NCBI GenBank assembly: GCA_013359235.1
Contig: JABWCE010000016.1
Location: forward strand, 733-64,732
DNA length: 64,000 nucleotides
From: Bacteroidota bacterium
Lineage (GTDB): Bacteria; Bacteroidota; Bacteroidia; NS11-12g; UBA9320
Reading direction: 5' to 3'
In this document: piece by piece, positions 47,537 through 57,957 of the stretch
Numbering within the stretch: position 1 is the stretch's first letter
Layout: every line of letters starts with the position of its first letter
Translations under genes and position numbers: made by a program
Notes under the pieces: generated by a model
The model's input: the letters and a program-made list of their open reading frames with translations, nothing else
Told to the model about the DNA's origin: nothing
The model's database searches: none

Positions 47537-48997
47537 TCATTCTACTTGGCTTACTTTTATTGTATTTGTTCTTTGTTTCAACGATAAAGGCATACTTGAA
47601 CAGCTAATAACTATATCACCATTTTTCACATATTTTTTGGTTTTCAAAAAATTCAAAGCATCGCTTATAGTTTTATCGGTACTTTCTTCGTGGTCGTAAT
47701 AAAAACCTCTTACACCCCAAACAAGATTGAGGGTTTTTAGCACCGGACGGTTGCTTGTAAGTATAAAAATATCGCAATTAGGCCTGAACGAACTTATTTT
47801 TTTTGCTGTATAACCAGAATGTGTCATTCCTACAATTCCTCGTGCATTTAAATGTTCACTCATTCTTACTGCCGTAAAACAAATTTCGTCTGAAATAAAT
47901 GTAGGGCTTGTTTTCTGTGGTTTGCTACCTTTATAATATGGGTTTGAGTTTGATTCTATTTCATTAATAATTTTTTCGACAGTTTGAACTGTTTTTAGAG
48001 GAAATTTACCTATCGAAGTTTCGGCACTAAGCATAACGGCATCAGCACCGTCTAAAACTGCATTTGCAATATCATTTACTTCTGCTCTTGTAGGCGTAGG
48101 ATTTTCTATCATACTTTCCATCATCTGTGTTGCAATTATTACAGGTTTTGAAGCAATAAGACATTTTTCAACTATTTGTTTTTGTATTAACGGAACTTTT
48201 TGCATAGCCATTTCTACCCCTAAATCACCTCTGGCAACCATTATTCCATCGGCATTTGCAAGTATTGAGTCAAAGTTTTTTACGGCTTCGGGCTTTTCAA
48301 TTTTTGCAATAATCTGTGTTCGTGGATTTGTTTTGTTTACAAGTTTTCTCAAGTCGGCAATATCATTTGCATTTCGTACAAAAGACATTGCTATCCAGTC
48401 AATATCATTTTCAAGAGCAAATTTTAAATCACTTTCATCTTTATCGGTAAGTCCTTTTAGTGAAAGTTTTGAATCGGGAAGATTAAAACCTTTGCGTGAA
48501 AGGAGTGTTCCGCTATTAAGTATTATGGCTTTTAATGAGTAATCATCTACTATTTCTAATATTTTCAATTCTATTTTTCCGTCATCCAACAATACTTTTT
48601 CGCCTATTTTTACATCTTTTGTAAGTTTATCGTAACTTACCTGAATTATTGAATTATTGCCTAAGGTCTTTTGAGTTGTAAGAACTATATTTTCGCCCTT
48701 TTTCAAATAAACCGAGCCACCTTCTATTTCTCCAACTCTTAGTTTTGGACCCTGCAAATCGCAAAGAATACACACGTTGGTTTCTAAATCATCGTTTATT
48801 TTTTTGATGTTGTTTATAACCTGAAGATGCGATAAATGTTCGCCATGCGAAAAATTTATACGGCAAACATCTACACCTGCATTAATTATTTTTTTTAATA
48901 CATTGTATTTTGATGTTGCTGGACCAATTGTAGCCACAATCTTTGTTCTGTTAAATTTCAAATAATTTATGCCTTGAACTTTGTTTTTGTTTACCAT
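47537..48997 (-). CDS. pyk: Pyruvate kinase
   Basis: TKIVATIGPA, NFSHG, MVARGDLGVE, and ATQMLESM-like motifs. Confidence 0.95.
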   Translation of the reverse strand: MVNKNKVQGINYLKFNRTKIVATIGPATSKYNVLKKIINAGVDVCRINFSHGEHLSHLQVINNIKKINDDLETNVCILCDLQGPKLRVGEIEGGSVYLKKGENIVLTTQKTLGNNSIIQVSYDKLTKDVKIGEKVLLDDGKIELKILEIVDDYSLKAIILNSGTLLSRKGFNLPDSKLSLKGLTDKDESDLKFALENDIDWIAMSFVRNANDIADLRKLVNKTNPRTQIIAKIEKPEAVKNFDSILANADGIMVARGDLGVEMAMQKVPLIQKQIVEKCLIASKPVIIATQMMESMIENPTPTRAEVNDIANAVLDGADAVMLSAETSIGKFPLKTVQTVEKIINEIESNSNPYYKGSKPQKTSPTFISDEICFTAVRMSEHLNARGIVGMTHSGYTAKKISSFRPNCDIFILTSNRPVLKTLNLVWGVRGFYYDHEESTDKTISDALNFLKTKKYVKNGDIVISCSSMPLSLKQRTNTIKVSQVE

Positions 48998-49000
48998 TTT

Positions 49001-49426
49001 TTATGTAATTATGTCAATAGATTTTTGATTTTGTTTTGTTAAATCAATTTCAAAAACTGCTTCTATCAATTTATTTTCTTTCAACAAATCGTAAGCCATT
49101 TCTATTATTTCGTTACTTTCTGTATTTGCTGATAAAATTAAATCTATATTTTTAAGTTTTTTATCAATAATCCCATTGTTTCCGCGATTAACCACAAGTT
49201 TAAAATACGATTCGGTATTGCTGTCGTTGTATGTATAACAAATAAAATTGCAAGTATTGTTTTCATCGCAATACTCAATATCATCAACTCTCGAAAAATC
49301 AAAAAAACCGGTTTTATTCAAAAAATGCACGAGTTTCAAATGCCCCGCAGCACATACAATTCCCCATATTACACAATTGTTTTCTGCTCCTTCGTCCCAT
49401 TCAAGTATCATGTTTCTTTTTTTCAT
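49001..49426 (-). CDS. Hypothetical protein, possibly a divergent IPExxxVDY-family member
   Basis: Size, position beside pyk, and weak resemblance (IWGIVCAAGHLKLVHFLN; IIDKKLKNIDLIL). This call is tentative. Confidence 0.4.
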   Translation of the reverse strand: MKKRNMILEWDEGAENNCVIWGIVCAAGHLKLVHFLNKTGFFDFSRVDDIEYCDENNTCNFICYTYNDSNTESYFKLVVNRGNNGIIDKKLKNIDLILSANTESNEIIEMAYDLLKENKLIEAVFEIDLTKQNQKSIDIIT

Positions 49427-49989
49427 GCTTTACGGTTTACGTTGTTCATGGTTCTTTCAATGCCTTCGAGCACAAACTGTTCAATTGCATCAACAGCTTT
49501 TTTTATTCCCGAATTTACTAATTCCGATTCGTTTACGTCCCATTTTCCAAGAACAAACTCAGCCTGTTGCCCTTTTTTATAATCGTTTCCTATGCCAAAT
49601 CTCAATCGAGGAAAATTTTCGGTTTGCAAACATGCAATAATATCTTTTAGTCCGTTATGCCCGGCATCGCTGCCTTTGCTTCGCATTCTTAGTTGTGATA
49701 CGGGCAATGCAATATCATCGGCAATTACAAGAATATTTTCATTAAAAACTTTAAGTTTGTTTTTCCAATAAACAAGGGCTTTGCCACTCAAATTCATATA
49801 AGTTGAAGGTTTTATGCAATGAATTGTTTTTCCTTTTATTTTTAAAACGCAATGTGAAGCCAATCTATCATCAACAAAAGCAGCATTGTGTTTTTTTGCA
49901 AATTCATCAATTATATCAAATCCAATATTGTGTCTTGTGTTTTGATATTTAATGCCAATGTTTCCAAGTCCTATAATAAGAAATTTCAT
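49423..49989 (-). CDS. pth: Peptidyl-tRNA hydrolase
   Basis: MKFLIIGLGNIG..Y..TRHNIGF and GHNGLKDI. Confidence 0.95.
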   Translation of the reverse strand: MKFLIIGLGNIGIKYQNTRHNIGFDIIDEFAKKHNAAFVDDRLASHCVLKIKGKTIHCIKPSTYMNLSGKALVYWKNKLKVFNENILVIADDIALPVSQLRMRSKGSDAGHNGLKDIIACLQTENFPRLRFGIGNDYKKGQQAEFVLGKWDVNESELVNSGIKKAVDAIEQFVLEGIERTMNNVNRKA

Positions 49990-49993
49990 TTGT

Positions 49994-51184
49994 TCAATTT
50001 ATTTTTCGGGCTGCAATCCACGATGTTACCAAACCAATAATAAGCGAAATGGCAATTATAATAAAAAAATCTAAAGCTTTGAAAGCTACAGGATATGCAT
50101 CAATTACGCTGTTTTCGAGTTTTAATAATCCGTATTTTGATTGAAGTAAAACTAAACCACTGCCTATTGCCAAGCCAATTAAGCATCCTGCAAATGCTAT
50201 TATTAAACCAGAATTGATAAAAATTTTGCTAAGTAAAGCGTTCGTCGCTCCAAAACTCTTTAAAATTGTAATATCTTTTTGTTTTTCGAGTATAAGCATT
50301 GTAACTGAGCCTGTCATATTAAAGGCAGCTATAAGCAGTATAAAGCTAAGTATTGCAATTGTTGCAAGTTTTTCGCTTTTAAATATTTTATAGAAACTCT
50401 CTTTTTGTTCATACCTGTTTTTTACTTTGAAATTTTTTCCGGCAATATTTTTTAATTTTTGTAAAATTTTTTGCTCCGAAAAATTTTTATCAATGCTTAT
50501 TTCTAAAGCCGAAACTTTGTTGGGAGCAGAAAACAAATTTTGAGCAAACACAAGTGACGACAGAACATATCGGCTATCAATATCTTCGTGAACATAAAAT
50601 TTTGCCGATGGTAAAATGCGTTCGCTGATAATATTTTGTTCGGGGTTCAAAGTGCTGATTTCACCTTTTGAAGGCACAAAAACTGTTACAAAATTCATAG
50701 AATTATCAAGGTTTAAGCCTAGTTTGTCTGAAAGTACATAACCGAAAACACCACAATTAAATACACCTTTATTAAGAACAAATTTGCCATCAAATACAAG
50801 GCTGTCAATGCCTGTTACTGTTGTATAATTCTCAGAAACTCCTTTAATGACGGCTATTTCCTGCGACTCACCGTATTTCAAAACCGCAATATCTTCAAGA
50901 GTTAAAGCAATGTTTGATACTCCCTTTACATTTTCTATTTCTTTTAAAATTTTATCAGGGTAAAATGTTTTGCCCTTTACGGCTTCAATTTTTATTTGAG
51001 GATCGAAAGAAGAAAACATTTTGGTAAGCGTATTTTCAAATCCATTAAGGGCTGAAAGTACTATGAGCATTGCTGCTGCACAAATTGCAAAAGCCGATAG
51101 TGTAATTCCCGAAATCAAATTTGCTGCATTTGCCTTATTTTTTGAAAAAACATATCTAAAAGCAACATATAGTGGAAATTTCAT
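49994..51184 (-). CDS. FtsX-like ABC transporter permease (LolC/LolE family)
   Basis: N-terminal TM helix, a large periplasmic loop, and three C-terminal TM helices with the FtsX domain. It lies downstream of rbfA, as in flavobacteria. Confidence 0.75.
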   Translation of the reverse strand: MKFPLYVAFRYVFSKNKANAANLISGITLSAFAICAAAMLIVLSALNGFENTLTKMFSSFDPQIKIEAVKGKTFYPDKILKEIENVKGVSNIALTLEDIAVLKYGESQEIAVIKGVSENYTTVTGIDSLVFDGKFVLNKGVFNCGVFGYVLSDKLGLNLDNSMNFVTVFVPSKGEISTLNPEQNIISERILPSAKFYVHEDIDSRYVLSSLVFAQNLFSAPNKVSALEISIDKNFSEQKILQKLKNIAGKNFKVKNRYEQKESFYKIFKSEKLATIAILSFILLIAAFNMTGSVTMLILEKQKDITILKSFGATNALLSKIFINSGLIIAFAGCLIGLAIGSGLVLLQSKYGLLKLENSVIDAYPVAFKALDFFIIIAISLIIGLVTSWIAARKIN

Positions 51185-51196
51185 TTCAAAGAAATT

Positions 51197-51553
51197 TTAT
51201 TGGCTTTCGTTTTTTATTTTATTAAGTAATTTTTCAATATGTTCGGCTTGGTCAAGTGTTGTATCTAAAAAAAACTGTAAAACTGGGATTTTGCGGAGTT
51301 GGTTTCTCATTTTTTCGCCTAACATTTTTCTAATTTGAGGATTGTAGAATTCTATCAAACCAAATGTTTCATTTTTTTTTGTGCTATTCATTATTCCAAG
51401 ATAAACCTTTGCCACACCCAAATCGGCAGATACTCTAACTTCCATTACAGTGATAAAAGCATTTTCAAAATATCGCGATGATAATAAATTAAATATTTCG
51501 CTTAAATCTCTCTGAATTTGTCTAGCAATTTTATCAGTTCTTTTACCTCTCAT
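51197..51553 (-). CDS. rbfA: Ribosome-binding factor A
   Basis: RTDKIARQIQRDLSEIF ... ITVMEVRVSADLGVAKVY. Confidence 0.9.
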   Translation of the reverse strand: MRGKRTDKIARQIQRDLSEIFNLLSSRYFENAFITVMEVRVSADLGVAKVYLGIMNSTKKNETFGLIEFYNPQIRKMLGEKMRNQLRKIPVLQFFLDTTLDQAEHIEKLLNKIKNESQ

Positions 51554-51590
51554 ATTGCAAAATTAAGTTTAAAGAATGTGGTTTTATAAA

Positions 51591-52640
51591 TTATTCATTC
51601 ACATCAAGAGCATCTCTAAGTCCATTTCCAATAAAATTTACACTCATTACAAGTAAAGCAATCATCAAACCTGGAAAAATTGCAAGATGCGAAGCATCAA
51701 AAACTATAAATGCATAATTTTCTTTTATCATTTGCCCTAAACTTGGTGCGGGTGGCTGCAAGCCTTGTCCAAGAAAACTAAGCCCTGCTTCTAATAATAT
51801 TGCTGAGGCAAAATTGGCAACAGACATTATAATTACTGTTCCCCATATATTTGGCAAAATATGTTTTACAATAATTCTAATGTTGCTAAAACCCATTACC
51901 GTTGCCGCTTGAATAAATTCTTTTTCTCTTATTGAAAAAACCTGCCCACGCACAATTCTTGCAAGTTCTACCCATGATGTAAGACCAATAGCTACAAAAA
52001 TTTGCCAAAAACCTTTACCAATTGCAAAAGTTAGAGCTATTACAAACATAAGTGTTGGCAACGACCAAATAATATTTATCAACCACATGATTACCCCATC
52101 AACCCAACCACGAAAATATCCGGCAAGCAAACCCATTAACAAACCTATAATTACCGAAATAAAAACAGCAACCAATCCCACCGCAATTGATACACGTGTG
52201 CCAATTACCAAACGGCTAAGCAAATCTCTTCCATAACGGTCAGTTCCCAAAACACTAATACGTTTTAATGAAATATTATTCAAATTATAAATTTCGCTTT
52301 TATGAATATTTTGAATTAATAAATTATTATAATTTTTGAAGTATATGCTATCATTTTTTTGCCAAAAAGTATCAATGGAAATTAAATCAAAATCAGAATC
52401 CCAACCTTTGAAAAAGCTGAAAAAAGACTTTGTTTTTTTTTCTGAACTTTTAGATTTTACTTTTAAATAATTACATGAAAACCCCGGTTTTTTTAGTGCT
52501 ATATCAGGATACATAATGTTTACATCTGCAGTGTGGTCGGGCACTACAATGTATCCCATAACCGAAACAAGCAGGCTAATACATATAAAAATTAATCCGG
52601 CAACAGCAAGTTTGTTTTTCTTAAATCTTTTCCAAATCAT
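51591..52640 (-). CDS. ABC transporter permease, DppC/OppC-like
   Basis: N-terminal anchor and a BPD-transport inner-membrane domain (LGTDRYGRDLLSRL, EAA-like loop). No partner ATPase or binding protein is nearby. Confidence 0.75.
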   Translation of the reverse strand: MIWKRFKKNKLAVAGLIFICISLLVSVMGYIVVPDHTADVNIMYPDIALKKPGFSCNYLKVKSKSSEKKTKSFFSFFKGWDSDFDLISIDTFWQKNDSIYFKNYNNLLIQNIHKSEIYNLNNISLKRISVLGTDRYGRDLLSRLVIGTRVSIAVGLVAVFISVIIGLLMGLLAGYFRGWVDGVIMWLINIIWSLPTLMFVIALTFAIGKGFWQIFVAIGLTSWVELARIVRGQVFSIREKEFIQAATVMGFSNIRIIVKHILPNIWGTVIIMSVANFASAILLEAGLSFLGQGLQPPAPSLGQMIKENYAFIVFDASHLAIFPGLMIALLVMSVNFIGNGLRDALDVNE

Positions 52641-54060
52641 TTTTCAGATGAAAAGAATTCAAAGATACTAAAGCCGCCATAAAACCCCACATTGGTACTG
52701 CTAATTTGTCGAACTCACTGTAATTATTTACAACAGAATGAATGAAATATGTAGCCAACCCCGAAATAATAGCAAGTGAAAGAAATTTTATATCTTTAGA
52801 TTCTGACTTTGCATAAATTTTAAATCCAAGATAAAAACAATACAAAACTATTGAAATCCAAAGCAAAAAACCCGGCAAACCGGTTTCAGCCAAGCTCCGC
52901 AGATATTCACTGTGTACATTGCCCAAATCGCCTGCATTTGTACTTATTATTGTAAGTTCGCTCGATAATTGAAACGGAGCATATTGAAAAACATAGGTGC
53001 CAGGACCCCATCCTACTATCGGTCTTTCTTTATACATTCTGTATGCACAATTCCATCTGTTCAGCCTTTCAAGGTTTGAAGGGTCTGTAGAAACATTTGT
53101 TATTGAAGAAACATGTTGCTCAATATCATCAGCCGAGCCTTGTTTGTTTCTTGACAATTCTGTTTGAATGTCAGTTTTAATATAAAAATAAACAGAAGAA
53201 GCAAGCACCAAACCTAATAAAAATGTACGAAATCTAAAACCCATTAAAATAAAAACAGATATTGCAACCGCTCCTATTATACTTAGCCATGCAGCCCTTG
53301 TGTATGATAAAATTACTGCTAAAATAAGAAAAGCAGCCATTATAAATGAAATCAACCTCATAAATACATTTTGATTGAAATAATACCCCCAAACTCCAAT
53401 TACAATAAGTGGTGGTATTATAAACGAAACAAGAGCTGCATACATTCCATGATCGGGCAAAAGGGGTTGCATGGCTGCATAGGCAAATCCACGTGTAAAA
53501 CCACCTTTTGAATGATTATAGATAGTGTATAATGCAACAATACAAATACCTGCCGCAAGCAACCATATAAATTTTATTATATATTTTTTTTCTTTAAAAA
53601 ATTGTGAAAACAATAAATAAATTACAACCAAATACCAAATTCGGGATAATACAAATTTGAATGATACCAAAGGCATTGTGCTACTAAAAGTAGAAACAAT
53701 GTCCCAAAAAATGCTTACAAAAATCAAAAGTGATAAACTATTTTTTAATATACTTTTATCAAAGGCTGAACCATCAATAATTTTGGCAATCAAACCCAAA
53801 AAGACAATTATAAAAACCGGCTCGGTTGGAAAAGCCAAGCCCAGCCCGGCACCAAGGTTGTTTACCTGAATGCTTAATGGCACACAAAAAACCATAAAAA
53901 AAAGCATTGCTTTTGTTTGATTTATCAAAAGCCAAATAAAAACAAGTGCTGCCGGCAGTAATGTTATATAATAATTTTCAAAAAAAATACCTGCTGATAT
54001 CAAAAAAACAAATATCAACCCAATGGCATAAAATATTTTTATACTAATTTTTTCCAACAT
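52621..54060 (-). CDS. O-antigen ligase/polymerase (Wzy_C) family membrane protein
   Basis: About 12 TM helices with a large loop ...YTRAAWLS... and HSEYLR.LAETG, typical of the O-antigen ligase family. Confidence 0.7.
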   Translation of the reverse strand: MLEKISIKIFYAIGLIFVFLISAGIFFENYYITLLPAALVFIWLLINQTKAMLFFMVFCVPLSIQVNNLGAGLGLAFPTEPVFIIVFLGLIAKIIDGSAFDKSILKNSLSLLIFVSIFWDIVSTFSSTMPLVSFKFVLSRIWYLVVIYLLFSQFFKEKKYIIKFIWLLAAGICIVALYTIYNHSKGGFTRGFAYAAMQPLLPDHGMYAALVSFIIPPLIVIGVWGYYFNQNVFMRLISFIMAAFLILAVILSYTRAAWLSIIGAVAISVFILMGFRFRTFLLGLVLASSVYFYIKTDIQTELSRNKQGSADDIEQHVSSITNVSTDPSNLERLNRWNCAYRMYKERPIVGWGPGTYVFQYAPFQLSSELTIISTNAGDLGNVHSEYLRSLAETGLPGFLLWISIVLYCFYLGFKIYAKSESKDIKFLSLAIISGLATYFIHSVVNNYSEFDKLAVPMWGFMAALVSLNSFHLKNDLEKI

Positions 54061-55094
54061 CAGGCAGAAGCTTTCATCTGATTGAATTGGCGGTATTTTT
54101 CAATTACAATAATTATTAAAAAACCCATAAATAAAGAAGAAATGAGGCTTATCAAAACTATGGTTTTGCGTATTGGGTAAGCTTTTATTTCGGGTACATC
54201 TGCCGATGTGAGCAAAAATTTATGTGTAATGGTTTTATCAACATCAACTTTTGCTTTTTCATATCTTGTACGCAATTTATCTAAGGCATCAAGTTCAAGT
54301 TTCAAATTTTCGGTATAATACAAAAACTCTCCTGCATATTTTGATAAATGCTCTTGTTGTTGTTTCAATTGCTCAAGCTGGCTTGCACTACCACCTTTTG
54401 CCTGAAGTTTTGCAATTTCTTCGGCTATTGCTCTTGATTGTTCTTCATAATTTGTGATACCGTTTTCGGCTAACTTTTTCAGATTATCTCTAATTTCAAT
54501 TATTTCCTTTTCTTTTCTGCGAAACTCGTCTTCTACTATTTTAAAGGCTTCTTTTGCCAATTGCATCTGTATTTCTGATTTAACAGTATCGTAAATCTCG
54601 GCTATCCCATTTGCAATTTTTGCAGATTTTACGGGATCTTCGTCCAGTACGGTTACCGATATTGATAAATATCTGGTTCTTTTAAATTCAATGTTTTTTC
54701 TGAATTTGTTATTAAGTTTAGTTTTTGCTTGTTTATCATTTGGGTCAATTTTATAATGCTTCATCAAATCGTAATTTTTAACAATTCTGTTAGTCATTGA
54801 TGAAGATGATAATAATTGCAAAGCATTTTCGGCTTCCATTTCTTCTCCAAAAGCCAATGGGTCAGCTTCTCTTTTATTCAAATCGGTAAAAAGTGCATTA
54901 CCAATTGAATTTATAGTTGCCGGATAAAATATTACTTCGGCTTTATATTTTGGCTTTATTATAAATGGCATTGTTATTACCGCCGAAACCAAAATAGCAA
55001 TAATTCCGAGTATTATCAGGTGTTTTTTCCATTTTATGGTATATGTTAATAAATCAATAAATTTTAATTGTAACAAGTCTTTTGATTCCTGCAT
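54060..55094 (-). CDS. Polysaccharide chain-length determinant (Wzz-like) protein
   Basis: N-terminal Wzz motif region (LL..I.KWKK..I......L.SAV), a long coiled-coil and a C-terminal TM helix. Confidence 0.7.
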   Translation of the reverse strand: MQESKDLLQLKFIDLLTYTIKWKKHLIILGIIAILVSAVITMPFIIKPKYKAEVIFYPATINSIGNALFTDLNKREADPLAFGEEMEAENALQLLSSSSMTNRIVKNYDLMKHYKIDPNDKQAKTKLNNKFRKNIEFKRTRYLSISVTVLDEDPVKSAKIANGIAEIYDTVKSEIQMQLAKEAFKIVEDEFRRKEKEIIEIRDNLKKLAENGITNYEEQSRAIAEEIAKLQAKGGSASQLEQLKQQQEHLSKYAGEFLYYTENLKLELDALDKLRTRYEKAKVDVDKTITHKFLLTSADVPEIKAYPIRKTIVLISLISSLFMGFLIIIVIEKYRQFNQMKASA

Positions 55095-55205
55095 AATAGT
55101 CTGCGAATATATAAAATTTCCTTTTCTGCTTCTTTAAACGATAAAGATTTAATCAGTATTTTAGCACACTTTTATTTTACATAAATATTATATTAGCTGT
55201 TTTAA

Positions 55206-56666
55206 GTGGTATTTAAAATCATAACAAATAGTATCAAAACCCCTGCATTTATTGTAATATTTTTTACTTTACTGTATATATTTCTTTCAAACAACAACTC
55301 AGAAACCGATGCTTATGCTTATGCAATATCAGTAAAATCAGGCGAAAATTTGATATTTCCACATCATTTATTTTATTGTTTTCCGGCAAGGTTTTTAATC
55401 AAATTTATAAAAATTACAGGTCTAAATCCCGATGCACTTTGGATTTTAAAACTAATAAACTCTATTTCTGCCGGATTTTGCATTTATTTTTTAGGAAAAA
55501 TTTTAAAACTTTTAAACAATAAAAAAAATATTAATTATTTAGTTTTTGCAGGCAGTTTTTTTGGCTTCATGCGTTTTGCAACCGAAGGCGAAACTTATAT
55601 TATTCCAATAATGTTTTCGCTTATTGCAACTTACTTTTTCATTATTTCCTTACAAAAAAACAATGTTGTATTTCTATTTTTTTCAGGGCTTTTGTTTGGT
55701 ATTAGTATTTTGTTCCACCAAATACATTTTTTTTGGTTTGCAGGCTTTGTGTTGTCAATGCTTTCGGGCAATTTTCAAAAAAAAATTACAAAAATTTCAA
55801 TTTATGTTATGCCAAGTTCTATTTTGGTATTTTTGGTATATTTTTATGCCGCAGCCCAAACTAATTCAACAATAATCAACTTCACATTTCACGATTATTT
55901 AAAAGGGAATGCTAATGTTTTTATAGGCTTTAATAACTTTTTAATGCTGCCAATTAGTATTTTTCGAACCTTTTTTCAGGCACATGGGTACATATTCTTT
56001 TTCGTTCAAAAATATAAGTTTTTAATATTAATAATTATAGCTTTTGCAGGTTTTGCATCATTTTTGGTTTATAAATTTTTAAAATCTGTAAAGTTTAAAA
56101 AATCTGAAAATTCAATTTTACAAAAAGCAATACTATATGCTTTTATTTTACATTTTTTATTTGCATTTTTTTCGGTAAGCAATGCCGAATTTATGGTAAT
56201 GTTGCCTTTTTTAGGTTTGCTTTGGCTCGAACTTAAATTTCATTTCAATATAAAATACCTTTTAAAATTTTCAATTTTAATGTTATTTTGGAATGTATGT
56301 TTTGGATTAATTCCACTACATTTTTCTAACATTGATGGAAGTAAAAATTTGATATACAAAGCACAAAATGCTAATTGGATTTTTTACAATCCTCAAAAAA
56401 TGGAAAACATGGGTGAGTATTATTTCGGAGAAAAATATGTAAAAAATTTTTTTAGGCTAAACTCAATCAATACGTTAATAAAAAACAATCAAATTGAATT
56501 TGTTTATACCGATTTTTTCAATGAAAAAGATGAATTGAACCGCAGAAAATTACTGTTTAAAAAAGACAGTTTTTACATAAAATTCAAAACTTTAAATCGT
56601 TTTAAGGTTGATTCAATCAATTATTCTTTTGGTAAAAAATATATTTACAAAGTTGAATTAAAATAA
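55206..56666 (+). CDS. Multi-pass membrane protein, possibly ArnT/PMT-like glycosyltransferase
   Basis: GTG start, more than 10 hydrophobic helices and a soluble C-terminal tail. The function is inferred only from topology and neighbourhood. Confidence 0.35.
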   Translation: MVFKIITNSIKTPAFIVIFFTLLYIFLSNNNSETDAYAYAISVKSGENLIFPHHLFYCFPARFLIKFIKITGLNPDALWILKLINSISAGFCIYFLGKILKLLNNKKNINYLVFAGSFFGFMRFATEGETYIIPIMFSLIATYFFIISLQKNNVVFLFFSGLLFGISILFHQIHFFWFAGFVLSMLSGNFQKKITKISIYVMPSSILVFLVYFYAAAQTNSTIINFTFHDYLKGNANVFIGFNNFLMLPISIFRTFFQAHGYIFFFVQKYKFLILIIIAFAGFASFLVYKFLKSVKFKKSENSILQKAILYAFILHFLFAFFSVSNAEFMVMLPFLGLLWLELKFHFNIKYLLKFSILMLFWNVCFGLIPLHFSNIDGSKNLIYKAQNANWIFYNPQKMENMGEYYFGEKYVKNFFRLNSINTLIKNNQIEFVYTDFFNEKDELNRRKLLFKKDSFYIKFKTLNRFKVDSINYSFGKKYIYKVELK

Positions 56667-57902
56667 TTTTTGTGAATAGTAAAAACATGCTAATCCGAAG
56701 TAAAGTTGAGTAATAAGAGCAGTAATAGCTACCGCCTGCAAGCCATAAGTTTGAATAAAAAGTAAATTTCCGGCAATATTTATCAAACATGCAATAATTG
56801 CAGTGATTATTATTTTTTTCAGATACCAGGCCGAAGTTAGCAAAGTGCCAAAAATATTAACAAGAAACATGGCGGGAATGCACCAAATTAAAATTGAAAA
56901 AACCCATCCCGCTTCAAAATTGTACTTATCGGGGTAAAGTGCTTTCATAATTTGGTGGCTATACATATAACAAACCCAAGTTACGAGCAAAGCAGGTAAA
57001 AGCGAAATAACCGAAGACCATTTTACAATTGCATTTATTTTAGATTTTTCTTTAATATTTGATGAAAAAAGAGGGTAAAGTTGACCCGCAAGCAACGTGC
57101 CTACAATAGCTGCAGCATCTAACAATCTGTAAGACATGGCATAAATTGCAGATTGTTCTCTGCCATTGGGCAAAAGTTTTAAAATTATTACAGAATCTAT
57201 CCTAGTGTAAATGGTCATAAAAGCAATTACAAATGCAAATGGAATAGATTTTTTAATTAATTCTTTAGCTTTTGCAGCACTTAAATTTAAAGTAGGTATT
57301 CCAAAATATTTAATAACAGAAAATAAACTTAAAACAAAGGTTAAAGTTAAACCAATTGTTTGAGCAAAAATGAAAGAAATAAGTGAAAGTTTTACTGGTA
57401 AAATACTTGTCCATATTATAGTTCCGAGACAAATAATAACAAACAAGCGGTCTGTAATTGATAAAATGGCATCAGTTTTAAATTTGTGAATTGCTGAAAT
57501 ATTGCTTCTAAAAAAATTGTTGAATGAAAGCAATGCCTGATTTGTACAAAGCAAACCAAGTATTACAAAATCAGAACTATTAAATTTCAAAAACCAACCA
57601 AATGCAAAAGCAAGTATAAAAAAAGCCAATGTAAGAAAGCTTTTGGCACCGATAAGATTCCAAAAGTTTTGGGCAAAACTGTTTTTATTTATAGCAATTT
57701 CGCGGTTGTTGAAATTGGTAAAGCCCAAATCTAACAAAATCATAAACAACATGCTGTATCCGGTAAGACTAAAGTAGGTACCGTATTCATGTGCAGGTAA
57801 AACATTTTGTACTTTTCGGTCGATAATAAGTATCCAAACGGGTTTTATCAGCAGGTTTATAAGCTGGATAAAGAAAAAATCGGAAAAAAATTTCTTTTTC
57901 AA
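56658..57902 (-). CDS. wzx: Oligosaccharide flippase (Wzx / MOP superfamily)
   Basis: 414 aa, about 12 TM helices, and a typical polysaccharide-biosynthesis-protein N-terminus. Confidence 0.7.
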   Translation of the reverse strand: MKKKFFSDFFFIQLINLLIKPVWILIIDRKVQNVLPAHEYGTYFSLTGYSMLFMILLDLGFTNFNNREIAINKNSFAQNFWNLIGAKSFLTLAFFILAFAFGWFLKFNSSDFVILGLLCTNQALLSFNNFFRSNISAIHKFKTDAILSITDRLFVIICLGTIIWTSILPVKLSLISFIFAQTIGLTLTFVLSLFSVIKYFGIPTLNLSAAKAKELIKKSIPFAFVIAFMTIYTRIDSVIILKLLPNGREQSAIYAMSYRLLDAAAIVGTLLAGQLYPLFSSNIKEKSKINAIVKWSSVISLLPALLVTWVCYMYSHQIMKALYPDKYNFEAGWVFSILIWCIPAMFLVNIFGTLLTSAWYLKKIIITAIIACLINIAGNLLFIQTYGLQAVAITALITQLYFGLACFYYSQKLF

Positions 57903-57957
57903 TTAAAACAGGAAGAAAGTGTAAGGGCAAAAATACTTTAAAAGGTGTATTAAATAT

